Shown here piece by piece: positions 43,162 through 53,403 of a DNA stretch of 64,000 bases. The stretch comes from a virus. How positions within the stretch are numbered: position 1 is the stretch's first letter; each line of letters starts with the position of its first letter. The notes beneath the pieces are model-generated. The model did not search any database. It saw only the letters and a program-made list of their open reading frames with translations, and was not told where the DNA came from. A program made the position numbers and the translations under genes. Location: positions 12,221 to 76,220 of the IMG/VR virus record IMGVR_UViG_3300044796_000056. One strand, written 5' to 3'.

Positions 43162-45231
43162 ATGGCAGCCACAGCAAATACTAGCAAGCTTCAATTAACC
43201 AGTCTTGACTTCGATAGCATCAAGACGAATCTGGTCACGTTCCTTCAGGGACAAGAACAGTTTGCTGACTACGACTTCACTGGGTCTGCCTTCAATGTCT
43301 TGATCGACTTGCTTGCTTACAACACTCATTACAATGCAATTTACTTGAACCTTGTAGCCAATGAAATGTTCTTGGATACTGCGGTCCTACGCTCCACGGT
43401 GGTTTCTCATGCTAAAGCACTGGGCTATACTCCTCGCTCTACAACTTCTCCCCAAGCAACTGTCAATGTATCCATCACACCAGCCGTCACGGACAACACG
43501 TCCATATTGACACTGCCTCGTTTCAGTCAGTTTTCTTCTGACTCTTTGAATGGTACCAGCTATAACTATGTGACCTTGGATGACCAGACAGTTACGATCG
43601 ACGGCGGCACATTCAACTTTACTGAAGTTCAGATTGCAGAAGGACAACCAGTCGTTGTGACCTTCCAAGTCGATAGCCTAACGAATCCAAACCAGATGTT
43701 CCCTATCACTAGCGCGAACGTCGACACGGCTACATTCCAAGTCATTGTCCAGACTAGTCAGACCAACACTACGAAGCAAACATTCACGCTGGCTACCGAT
43801 CTGACGACTATCGATGCGAACGCATCTGTATACTTCCTTGAGGAAGGTGCTAATGGTTCATATCAGATTTATTTCGGCGACGGAGTGATTGGCCAAGCTT
43901 TATCTGATGGTAATATTTTGGTTGTGTCTTACCTAACTACAGCAGGTGATGCATCAAATGGGCTTGACGGATTTGCACTACAATCTAATCTATTGGCGGG
44001 CTCAACGGCTAACGTTACTACTGTCAATCCGTCCGCAGGCGGATCTCCAATTGAGTCTGTTGCTTCTATCAAGTTCACAGCGCCCAAAGCATATGTGGCC
44101 CAAAACCGCGCAGTCACAGTCAACGACTACGTCGCGCTGATCAATAAGAATTATCCGTTCTTCGATGCTGTTACTGTTTGGGGCGGTGAGACTGAATCAC
44201 CTCCTGTATACGGAACGGTGTTCGTATCTGGTAAGCCTAAGAACGGTTATGGTATTACAGTACAACAACAGCAATACATCATACAGAACGTCATTAACCC
44301 TATCAGTGTGCTGACGGTTACTCCAGTCTTCGTTCTACCAGACTACAACTATTTGAACTTCAGCTTTGACGTTGACTATGACTCAACACAAACGCAGCTG
44401 ACAGAGACCCAAGTCATCGGCGAGATCACGGCAGCCGTCGAAAATTTTGCTAACTTGAATTTCAACACATTCAATTCTACGTTCCGTCTGTCACGTTTAT
44501 TGAGCTCTGTCGACTCTGCTGATAACAGCATTCTGGGCTCTGACTGCTCTATCTTAATTCAGAAGCAGATCATACCTGCTTTGGGTGTGAGCCAGACCTA
44601 CCAGATGAACACAGGCGTCCAGTTGCTACCCGGCACTCCTGCTGCTCACTTGTATAGCTCTCCAAGCTTTACGATCAACGATGCCGGTGGTGTTCCTCGA
44701 GCCGCATTCATTGAAGAGACACCAAACTCTTACTCTGGTTTGAACAATATCAACATCGTTCAGCCAGGCAGCGGTTACTCATCGCCTCCAACTCTAACAG
44801 TTACGGGAGATGGAGTAGGTGGCAATGCCTATGCAACGATCGTCAATGGCCAGGTCCACTCTGTCATCATCGATAATGCCGGCTCTGAATATACGACCGC
44901 AACTGTTACAGCATCTGGTGGCGGTGGTCTGGGCGCAAGCTTCTCTGTCATTCTACAAGGACAGTATGGCACGCTGCGCACATACTACTATGATGCGACG
45001 AACAACAAGGTCATTCTAAATCCTAATGCCGGAACTATCGACTACATAAACGGTATCATTACACTGAACAACTTTGCGCCGATAGCGATCAACAATCAAT
45101 TTGGCCAATTGAATATCTACGTGCCACCAGCAGCACTATCATTCTCTTCAAGCAGGAACATTATCCTGACATTGAATCCAAATGACCAGAACGCTGTGCG
45201 TGTTACAATGAACGATGAGAACAATTACTAA
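43162..45231 (+). CDS. gp6: Baseplate wedge gp6
   Basis: LDFD.IK.NL, DYDF.GS, LAYNTHY, FGDG..G, QNRAVT.NDY. Confidence 0.95.
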   Translation: MAATANTSKLQLTSLDFDSIKTNLVTFLQGQEQFADYDFTGSAFNVLIDLLAYNTHYNAIYLNLVANEMFLDTAVLRSTVVSHAKALGYTPRSTTSPQATVNVSITPAVTDNTSILTLPRFSQFSSDSLNGTSYNYVTLDDQTVTIDGGTFNFTEVQIAEGQPVVVTFQVDSLTNPNQMFPITSANVDTATFQVIVQTSQTNTTKQTFTLATDLTTIDANASVYFLEEGANGSYQIYFGDGVIGQALSDGNILVVSYLTTAGDASNGLDGFALQSNLLAGSTANVTTVNPSAGGSPIESVASIKFTAPKAYVAQNRAVTVNDYVALINKNYPFFDAVTVWGGETESPPVYGTVFVSGKPKNGYGITVQQQQYIIQNVINPISVLTVTPVFVLPDYNYLNFSFDVDYDSTQTQLTETQVIGEITAAVENFANLNFNTFNSTFRLSRLLSSVDSADNSILGSDCSILIQKQIIPALGVSQTYQMNTGVQLLPGTPAAHLYSSPSFTINDAGGVPRAAFIEETPNSYSGLNNINIVQPGSGYSSPPTLTVTGDGVGGNAYATIVNGQVHSVIIDNAGSEYTTATVTASGGGGLGASFSVILQGQYGTLRTYYYDATNNKVILNPNAGTIDYINGIITLNNFAPIAINNQFGQLNIYVPPAALSFSSSRNIILTLNPNDQNAVRVTMNDENNY

Positions 45232-47924
45232 TGACGCAGCCAGTAGGTATTGGTCCATTTGACGGAAACGTCATAACCAATACGGTCAGCACTTTTGTCT
45301 TCTCTCAATTCCCTGAGTTTATCCGGGAAGGTTCTCCTACGTTCGTAGCCTTCCTCCAGGCTTACTTCGAGTTCCTAGAGACGGTAGAGTTGCCTTCTCC
45401 AAATGCTAATAACGTCATCTACAATGCGAAAAACTTGCTGAACTATAAGGACGTGGATAATACCACGGACCTGTTCATCCAATACTTCATCAATGACTTC
45501 TTACCCTACTTCCCAAATGATGTAGCCCTTGATGAACGTAAGCTGATCAAGGTCGCCCGTCAGTTCTACCAGCAGAAGGGCACTCCACAGTCTATTCAGT
45601 TCTTGTTCCGCGTCCTATACAACAAGGAAGCGGACATCTATTTCCCAAAGAATAACATTCTGAAGTTGTCTGATGGTAAGTGGACTCTTCCACAGGCTCT
45701 ACGTTTGTTGCTTGACGCTAACAACATCAGTTTCCCGGTTCAATCTCTGGTCAATCTGATAGGTACGGGTAGCGAGTCAGGAGCACAATGCGTCATTGAA
45801 GCAGCCAACAAGGTTGTGGATCCAAACTTGGGTTTCGAGATCGTTGAGGTCTATGTCTCTGGTATTACAAAGCCTTTCGATGACTTAGAGTCTTTGATTG
45901 TCAATTATGGTACAGACGCCAACGGCAATCCTCTGATCTTTGAAGAGAAGATCATCGCCGCTCTATCCAGCATCCAGATAGATCCACACAACCAAGGTCT
46001 GACCTACGTCACTGGTGATCCTGTCGTATTGACCGGAGGTCTTGAACCTAACGATCCTCAAGCACAAAAGGCTGTAGCCTACGTCGGCAACGTCACGACT
46101 GGTTCTGTGACTTCTATTAACGTGAATTTCGGTGGCTATGACTACCGTGACAACCCTAACACGCTGGTCACATTCACTGCGGCTCCTGGAGACAACGGAG
46201 TAGGTGCAGAGGCAATCGTCTCTTCTATCGACACAGCCAATGCTGTATACTTAGAAGTCAATATAGATTGTTTGGAGTTTCATCAGAACAATACGCTTGG
46301 TGGTTCTGGTTGGGGATTCGCCAATGACTCTGTTGCTAATGGCAACACTCCTATGAGTCGGGCATTGACGTTTGCTAACCTAGAGTTTGCGCCTATCCGC
46401 ACAATGACTGTAACTCAACAGGGTGGTGGTTATGGGAAGGTGCCTTCTGTTGATATGGAAGTCATCTATTACACTGACCTGACAAACGCTTTGATTGAAG
46501 CAGATGATCCTACAGCCAACACTACGTTCCAGAACATCGATGACTTGGGTCTATTCGCAGCGGTCCAGGTACTGAACAGTGGCAGTGGTTACTCTAATGC
46601 ATCAGACTCTATCTATCTGAACACCAATATTGGTAGCAACGCTGCCTTCGGGTTCTCTACCGGAGTCAATGGAGCTATCACCAGCGTCACTGTAAATAAT
46701 CCAGGACGTGGCTACATCGACATCCCTAACGTCGGTCTATACCTAGCCAACACCGCTAACCGTAATGCTCCTTCTTTGGGAACCGGTGCCGTGCTCGAGG
46801 CTTTCGGTTACGGCCAGGGTGCCAACCTGACGATCGGTGTCAACAAAATCGGTCAGATTATAGACTTCAACCTAGTCAACCGTGGCTTCGATTACATCGC
46901 GGCTCCTAACGTATCTCTACGCATACAAGACGTCACCATCAATCCATTGGGTGCTGAGCAGTTCCCTGAACCAGATGCTATTATCTATCAGGGAGCCAAT
47001 GCCAATGTCGCAACCTACACAGGATATGTAGACTCAGAGCAACCAAACAACGTTATCCGCATCTACAACTACAAGGGAGCCATCAACGTCTTCCAGAACT
47101 TGGTAATGACGTTGACGAACGAGACTGTGATCAATGTGTCTATTAACACATATGCTACACAACCTGTAGTCACCTACGGCAACGGTCTGGCTAAGGCAAA
47201 CGCAATCTTCTTGAACGGTTTGATTCAGTACCCAGGATTCTACCTGAACACTGACGGTATGATGTCTGCTGATCAATACTTCCAGGATGCCAACACATAT
47301 CACAACTACAGCTATCAGATCATCGTAGAGGAAGCTCTAGCAACATACAAGAGTGTCCTGATGCAATTGGCTCATCCAGCCGGTATGTCTATGCTGGGTA
47401 TCTATGCTGTCCCTGCTACCGAAGAAGTATCTACAGCATTCAGTTCTAACATCCAGTACACGAATGACTTGACTGGTACGATCAACGTTTCTAACAACTT
47501 GGTCACTGGACTTGGTACTCAGTTCAGCACCTGGGGAATCAAGGCAGGCGATTTGATCACGTTCGACACGAGTGGTCCATCTACTCGCCAAGTCACCAAG
47601 GGCATCATCTCTGTTGCTAACAACACGAGTCTAACTCTGGAGTCTAACACCCAGTATGTTTACAACGGCTCTGCCTCTGTTGCTAACAGCAGCAATGTAA
47701 TCACTCTATCTGTAAATGACGTATCAGGCAACCTGGTCATCGGTGATAACGTAGCGATCTTGATCGACAACGTCGTTACGTCTCTATACATCACGGTATT
47801 GAATCCTCCTAACCAGATCAACGTCAATGCAGCTATCGTTGTTGGTGGAAACGATGTACCAATCGCATTCACGCGTGAGTACACAGGCGCAAGCTTCGTA
47901 ATCACTGCTCCTGTAGCAACCTAA
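45231..47924 (+). CDS. gp7: Baseplate wedge initiator gp7-like
   Basis: Q.PEF, FY..KGT..S..FLFR, QD...Y..YSY, HPAG. Confidence 0.82.
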   Translation: MTQPVGIGPFDGNVITNTVSTFVFSQFPEFIREGSPTFVAFLQAYFEFLETVELPSPNANNVIYNAKNLLNYKDVDNTTDLFIQYFINDFLPYFPNDVALDERKLIKVARQFYQQKGTPQSIQFLFRVLYNKEADIYFPKNNILKLSDGKWTLPQALRLLLDANNISFPVQSLVNLIGTGSESGAQCVIEAANKVVDPNLGFEIVEVYVSGITKPFDDLESLIVNYGTDANGNPLIFEEKIIAALSSIQIDPHNQGLTYVTGDPVVLTGGLEPNDPQAQKAVAYVGNVTTGSVTSINVNFGGYDYRDNPNTLVTFTAAPGDNGVGAEAIVSSIDTANAVYLEVNIDCLEFHQNNTLGGSGWGFANDSVANGNTPMSRALTFANLEFAPIRTMTVTQQGGGYGKVPSVDMEVIYYTDLTNALIEADDPTANTTFQNIDDLGLFAAVQVLNSGSGYSNASDSIYLNTNIGSNAAFGFSTGVNGAITSVTVNNPGRGYIDIPNVGLYLANTANRNAPSLGTGAVLEAFGYGQGANLTIGVNKIGQIIDFNLVNRGFDYIAAPNVSLRIQDVTINPLGAEQFPEPDAIIYQGANANVATYTGYVDSEQPNNVIRIYNYKGAINVFQNLVMTLTNETVINVSINTYATQPVVTYGNGLAKANAIFLNGLIQYPGFYLNTDGMMSADQYFQDANTYHNYSYQIIVEEALATYKSVLMQLAHPAGMSMLGIYAVPATEEVSTAFSSNIQYTNDLTGTINVSNNLVTGLGTQFSTWGIKAGDLITFDTSGPSTRQVTKGIISVANNTSLTLESNTQYVYNGSASVANSSNVITLSVNDVSGNLVIGDNVAILIDNVVTSLYITVLNPPNQINVNAAIVVGGNDVPIAFTREYTGASFVITAPVAT

Positions 47925-47948
47925 ATATGTGAAATCACAGGTATTCTC

Positions 47949-49613
47949 ATGGCCAATCCTCTTCTACAATCTCAACCATTCCCAACCGTCGAAGGTCGCG
48001 TAAAGCGAGCTCTTGACGCTATCCAAGAACTTGGTGGAGAGACCGGTGATAATGTCTACTTGGGCATAGGCCATGGCTATCCCTGGGCAGCCAACGATAC
48101 GATGATTCCTGTTCCTCAGAATACTACAGACTATGCCAACCAGGTCCACCGCGACTTGGTTGCTCTTAAGAAGCTTTCTATCTCTACCGCCTCTCTGGTT
48201 GTTCAACGCCATGACTGGGTGGCCAACACTTACGTCTACGATCCATATCAAGAGTCTGTAGATATGTTTGCAACCGAACAGGACATTGCTTGTAACGGAA
48301 CGGTCAGCGTGACCAACAGCAACATTCTGGTCGGCGTTAATACGACCTTCAACGTAGACTTCAGCATTGGCCAAACGGTCCAGTTGAACGGTGACGATAT
48401 CTTCTCTATTGACCAACGCTTCCAAGTTATCAATATAGCTGGTCCAAACTTGATGACTATAAATTCTAATACAGTCGGCACATTCACCAATGCTACATTG
48501 ACAAAGGTCATCGATACCTCTCCAAACTACGCATTGAATTTCTATGTGCGTAACATCTATGACCAGGTCTTCATCTGCTTGGCAAATAACAACGGCAGCG
48601 TTTCTACGGCTATGCCTCAGATCAGTCTTGGTGGTCAGCTACCACAAGATCCATACATCATCGCGGATGATGGTTATCTTTGGAAGTATCTATACACGAT
48701 GTCTAGTGGTTCAAAAAAGTTGTTCTTCACTGAGAACTGGATGCCTATCGGTTCAGATCCTAGCGTTCTTGGAGCAGCTGTCGATGGTCGTTTAGATATC
48801 ATCAACATCCTGGATGGTGGAGAAGGATACAACAGCAATGTTGCTGCTTGCTCTGCTCCAATTCTTGTCCTTGTAGGAGATGGTACAGGTGCTAACCTTA
48901 CGGCTCAAGTGGACTCCAACGGTACGATCACCGCAGTCAATATCCTCAATGGTGGACAGAACTACACTACCGCACAACTCTATGCTAACACTGGAGCTAA
49001 TGGGGTTGGTGCCCTATTTGATGTTGTTATCGGACCACGTGGAGGATACGGAAGCAATGTGGCCCTGGAGTTAGGTGCCACAACTCTTATGGTCAGCACG
49101 AGTTTGACGGACACAGAAAATGGTACTGTTCCTGTACAAGACATCTCTGGCGCCTATTTCACATATCGTCAGTTGTCTCTGATCTTGAATCCAGAGACCT
49201 CTAGCAGCAATGTCGCAAGCAACACCAACTATGATATGACACTGGCTATTCAGGTGTCTCCATTGGGTAATGCTATCTTCAATATGGGTGACATTGCTTA
49301 CCAAAACTTCGCCAATGGTGTGCTCCAGGGCGCAACCTTCACGAGCACGGTTGTGTGGTATGATGCAAGTACGCAAGAATTACACCTAAATAACATCGGT
49401 GGTACGGGTGTGTACACTCCTAATCAACCTATCAAGGGTGTTACACGAGGATCTTCATTGAATGCAGCGCCTTACATCACGGCTGCTGGATTCGCTGCAA
49501 CAGAACCAGAGGTTGATACGTTTAGCGGTGTGGACATCTACTTCGAGAACGTTGCTCCAATTCAAAGATTCCCTCTACAGACCGAAGAGATCAGATTGAT
49601 CATAAGCTTCTAA
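47949..49613 (+). CDS. gp8: Baseplate wedge gp8
   Basis: FYV.N...VF.CL.NN, DGY.WKYLY, EN..PI.R...Q.E.I..I..F. Confidence 0.88.
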   Translation: MANPLLQSQPFPTVEGRVKRALDAIQELGGETGDNVYLGIGHGYPWAANDTMIPVPQNTTDYANQVHRDLVALKKLSISTASLVVQRHDWVANTYVYDPYQESVDMFATEQDIACNGTVSVTNSNILVGVNTTFNVDFSIGQTVQLNGDDIFSIDQRFQVINIAGPNLMTINSNTVGTFTNATLTKVIDTSPNYALNFYVRNIYDQVFICLANNNGSVSTAMPQISLGGQLPQDPYIIADDGYLWKYLYTMSSGSKKLFFTENWMPIGSDPSVLGAAVDGRLDIINILDGGEGYNSNVAACSAPILVLVGDGTGANLTAQVDSNGTITAVNILNGGQNYTTAQLYANTGANGVGALFDVVIGPRGGYGSNVALELGATTLMVSTSLTDTENGTVPVQDISGAYFTYRQLSLILNPETSSSNVASNTNYDMTLAIQVSPLGNAIFNMGDIAYQNFANGVLQGATFTSTVVWYDASTQELHLNNIGGTGVYTPNQPIKGVTRGSSLNAAPYITAAGFAATEPEVDTFSGVDIYFENVAPIQRFPLQTEEIRLIISF

Positions 49614-49623
49614 GAGTACAAAT

Positions 49624-52600
49624 ATGACAGGTTTTCCAATATCACTGAACGTTGCTCCATACTACGATGATGCAAACACTGCCATCGAGAACAACTATGT
49701 TCAGATACTCTTTAAGCCAGGTCTAGCTCTACAGACTCGTGAAGCAACTCAGTTGCAGGACATCCTGCAAAACCAGATCAGCCAGTTGGGAGATTTCGTT
49801 CTGGCAGATGGTTCCCCGGTCCAAGGTGGGCACGTTTCTTTCGACGGAACGGCCCAAGCACTAACACTGCAGCAACAGTATGCCAATGCCGACATAAATC
49901 TATCTGACTTCTTTGTCAATGGCGAGCCTACTTTAATCATCAATGCCTCTGGTAATACGATCATCAAGGCAGTCGTCATCGGTGTCGATACGACACAGAC
50001 CAATCCTGTTATCGTTGTCAAGTATCTGACCGGCACCCAGTTCGCTGACGGTGCGGTTATCCAGGTTGCTACCGGTGTTCAGTCTCAGGCTCAACTACAA
50101 GCAAACAACTCTAGTTCAGAGGCCTCTGTTGCTTCTATCAGCGCTGGCGTGTTTTACTCTGGCGGCTACTTCGTAACCGTCCAACCAACGACTATCGTTA
50201 TCTCTTCTAGCAACTCAGCACCAACCTGCTATGTTGGTCTAGAGATCGAAGCCTCTATCATCAATTCTGGTGAAGACTCATCTCTATTGGATCCTGCTCA
50301 GGGTAGCTTCAACTACCAGGCTCCTGGCGCCGACCGTGCACAATACAATCTGAACCTGGCATACAGAACGTTCGATTCTACAGACACGACTGCCTTCTAC
50401 AACTTGGTCACCATAGAGAATGGTTTGATCACGAGCCAAGTAGAGTATCCAGTCCTTGGAACGATCAACAACACGCTAGCAAAGCGTACCTATGACACCA
50501 ATGGTGACTTCGTTGTCAAACCATTCATCATCACAACCGGTGTCAACCAGGCGAACGCCGAGCAATACGGTATCACCGTCTCTCCAGGTGAAGCATTCGT
50601 CAAGGGTTTCGAGTTCGAGACCGTCGGTGCGCAGACTCTGTATGCTGACAAGGCTTTGGATACCAACACCATTTCTGATTACACGTTCTCCCTAGAGTAC
50701 GGTAACATTCTGACTGTAACCAACCTGTATGGTGGTAACACTTCAGGATCATTCAACATCGCTGGTTACCAGAACGTAGACGTTCACTGCGTTGCCTCTG
50801 GTCAAATCGTCAATGGTCCATTCGCTGGTGATTATGCCGCTACCAAGATGGGTACGGCTCGTGTCCGTGACATCGAGACCAATGGAACGGGCGGCTCTTA
50901 CTTCGCATACATCCTTGACTTGAACCTGACACCAAACACCTTGATTGCTACTGCCGGTAGCGCAAACAGCTTCACGTTCCCTGCGACCTTCGCTAACGTA
51001 GCGTCTAACGCATACGCCAATGTACAGGTGACTATCAACACTGGCGGTTTCATCGATCAAGCAACTATCCTTTCTTACAATTCTTCAAACAGAATCGCAA
51101 CTCTGGATCGCTTGCTTTCTACCGCAGCAAACTCTACCTCTAACGTCAGCTTGAACTACGGTATCAGTGACATTGACTCTTTGGTTATCCAGCCAAGCGG
51201 TCAGGGCAACACCTATTACACGCAGGAAGCGGCCAACGCTGTCGATGCTTGTATGGATGTCAGCTTCCTAGGCCGCAACATCAATGGTAACACTCAGCTA
51301 TTGGATCAACAGTTCAACAAGTTGATCTGGGCTCTACCACAGAGTCCGGTTGAGCAAAACTCTATCAATGACGCAAGCTTCGGTGCTCGTAACTGTCTGT
51401 TGAATCAGAGTTTCGCCAACACCTCTTTGACCATTAGCTCTGGCTCTGGTCTAGGCACACAGCAGTTCTTCCCTTACGGTTTCGAGAACCAGTTGCTACC
51501 TGATGCTGTAGCCACCGAGAACTTCATTGTTATCGTCCGCAACGCTCTGTCTAGCAACTTGTCTAACGGACAAGTTCTGGTAATGAACCGCAACCAGCTG
51601 GGTGGATCTGCCGGCAATGGTGTGTTCCAGGTAGATACAACCCACGTCACGATAGCAACTAGCGCAAGCTCTGCCTTCAATGGCGACGTCTACTTCACGG
51701 TATCTCAGGCAAATGCTTCTACCTCTGTTCGTCGTACTAAGACTCTGTTCGGTAACACGAGCAACGTGGTCCTAGCAGCAACCGACACTTATTTGAATGG
51801 TACTGCTGTTATCGGTCTGACCGGTTCCAACACCAACAACGTTTACATCGATACCGCAAACGGTTATGTTTGGTATCTAAACCCATCAACGATGGCGCAG
51901 ACACCAGGTGCCAACCAGTCTCTATTCGTTCCTGACGTATTCAATGTCATCAAGGTTTACGACTCAGGCAACACACACTTTGCGCCTAACAACACGAACG
52001 CTATTGATATCACGGCGAACTACACTCTGAACTCTGGTCAGAATGATAACTACTATGATTGGGCATCTTTGACTCTGAAGGCAGGCAGCAACGCTCCTAC
52101 CGGTCAGACCGTTGTTATGATGCAATACTTCGCCCACACGAGCTCTCCAGGCTTCTTCGACGCGGACTCTTATAGTTCTACTGTCTACAACGCGCAGTTG
52201 ATCCCATTCTACAACTCTCCTGCGTTCGGTACGTTCAGTCTGCGTGACTCTATTGACTTCCGCCCGACACGCCAGCTAGGCTCTGTGAGCTCTGTTGTCA
52301 ACTTCACGACCAATGGTCTAGAGTTGCCAAACCCAGACAGCGTCTTCACGTTGTCTTATAGCTTCTATCTGCCTCGTATCGACAAGCTGGTATTAAACAA
52401 GGGTGGTGTCTTCGAAGTCGTTGAAGGCATCTCTGCCCAATACCCAGTTGCCCCAGCCGATGCTCGTGATGCAATGACTCTGTACATCCTGAACGTTCCT
52501 GCTTTCACGGCAAATGTCCAGCAAATCTCTCTACAGTACGTTGAGCAGAAGCGTTACACGATGTCTGATATCGGTAAGCTAGATGCCCGCATCACTCAAC

Positions 52601-53403
52601 TAGAATACCAGAGCACGATGTCTGCGCTCGAACAGCAAGCAACCTCCGAGACGATCCTATACCAAGACAACGTCACAGCCAAGGATCAGTATGGTATCAT
52701 CGCTGATGACTTTGGTGACTTCTCTATCGTAGACAACCAGAGCACGGACCTACGTTGCTATATGCAGCAAGGCACTCTATCCCCATTCAAGGCTACGGTT
52801 CCTCTTGACTTGAACTTCAGCAGCAACTCTGCTGCGTTCCAAGAGAACGATCGCACCTATACCCTCCCATGGACGGAGACGCCAGCCGTCGTCCAGAATG
52901 CTGCTACTACGGCAGTTTCTGTCCAACCATACTTGTTCGCCCAGTTCACTGGTACGGTCAAGTTGACACCTGAAACTGACTACTGGTTCAGTCCAACCTT
53001 GACGCCTGCGGTTATCCAGCCACCAACGGCTAACCCAGCATTGCCACCATTGCCTAAGCCAACTCAGGCTCCAGCTTTGATACCATCTGCGAACGTTGCG
53101 CCACCAAGCCCACCAGTCATCGCTTCTACTCGTGTAGAGATTGAAGATTTCTGGTATGCCCCAGAGACATATTGGTACAATGGTTTCAACGGATATACAT
53201 ATGTAGAGGTGGAAGTAAGTTCTTCTTCTTATGGTGTTGTTTCTCCTGTGACAAATTGGTTCGGTATTCCAACGGCTGCAGCAGCGACCGCAAGCAGCAA
53301 TCCAACCAACATACCACAGACCGGAAGCTCTATCCAGTTACCAGCTGGGTCTAGCATAACCAACAGCACGACCATATCACCAAATGCGATTAAGGTTCTA
53401 TAA
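49624..53403 (+). CDS. Large virion protein, VrlC/DUF4815-like N-part
   Basis: PYYDD, LFKPG...Q.RE.TQLQ, APGADR, YLPRIDK, RYTM.DIG.L..RI. Confidence 0.85.
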   Translation: MTGFPISLNVAPYYDDANTAIENNYVQILFKPGLALQTREATQLQDILQNQISQLGDFVLADGSPVQGGHVSFDGTAQALTLQQQYANADINLSDFFVNGEPTLIINASGNTIIKAVVIGVDTTQTNPVIVVKYLTGTQFADGAVIQVATGVQSQAQLQANNSSSEASVASISAGVFYSGGYFVTVQPTTIVISSSNSAPTCYVGLEIEASIINSGEDSSLLDPAQGSFNYQAPGADRAQYNLNLAYRTFDSTDTTAFYNLVTIENGLITSQVEYPVLGTINNTLAKRTYDTNGDFVVKPFIITTGVNQANAEQYGITVSPGEAFVKGFEFETVGAQTLYADKALDTNTISDYTFSLEYGNILTVTNLYGGNTSGSFNIAGYQNVDVHCVASGQIVNGPFAGDYAATKMGTARVRDIETNGTGGSYFAYILDLNLTPNTLIATAGSANSFTFPATFANVASNAYANVQVTINTGGFIDQATILSYNSSNRIATLDRLLSTAANSTSNVSLNYGISDIDSLVIQPSGQGNTYYTQEAANAVDACMDVSFLGRNINGNTQLLDQQFNKLIWALPQSPVEQNSINDASFGARNCLLNQSFANTSLTISSGSGLGTQQFFPYGFENQLLPDAVATENFIVIVRNALSSNLSNGQVLVMNRNQLGGSAGNGVFQVDTTHVTIATSASSAFNGDVYFTVSQANASTSVRRTKTLFGNTSNVVLAATDTYLNGTAVIGLTGSNTNNVYIDTANGYVWYLNPSTMAQTPGANQSLFVPDVFNVIKVYDSGNTHFAPNNTNAIDITANYTLNSGQNDNYYDWASLTLKAGSNAPTGQTVVMMQYFAHTSSPGFFDADSYSSTVYNAQLIPFYNSPAFGTFSLRDSIDFRPTRQLGSVSSVVNFTTNGLELPNPDSVFTLSYSFYLPRIDKLVLNKGGVFEVVEGISAQYPVAPADARDAMTLYILNVPAFTANVQQISLQYVEQKRYTMSDIGKLDARITQLEYQSTMSALEQQATSETILYQDNVTAKDQYGIIADDFGDFSIVDNQSTDLRCYMQQGTLSPFKATVPLDLNFSSNSAAFQENDRTYTLPWTETPAVVQNAATTAVSVQPYLFAQFTGTVKLTPETDYWFSPTLTPAVIQPPTANPALPPLPKPTQAPALIPSANVAPPSPPVIASTRVEIEDFWYAPETYWYNGFNGYTYVEVEVSSSSYGVVSPVTNWFGIPTAAAATASSNPTNIPQTGSSIQLPAGSSITNSTTISPNAIKVL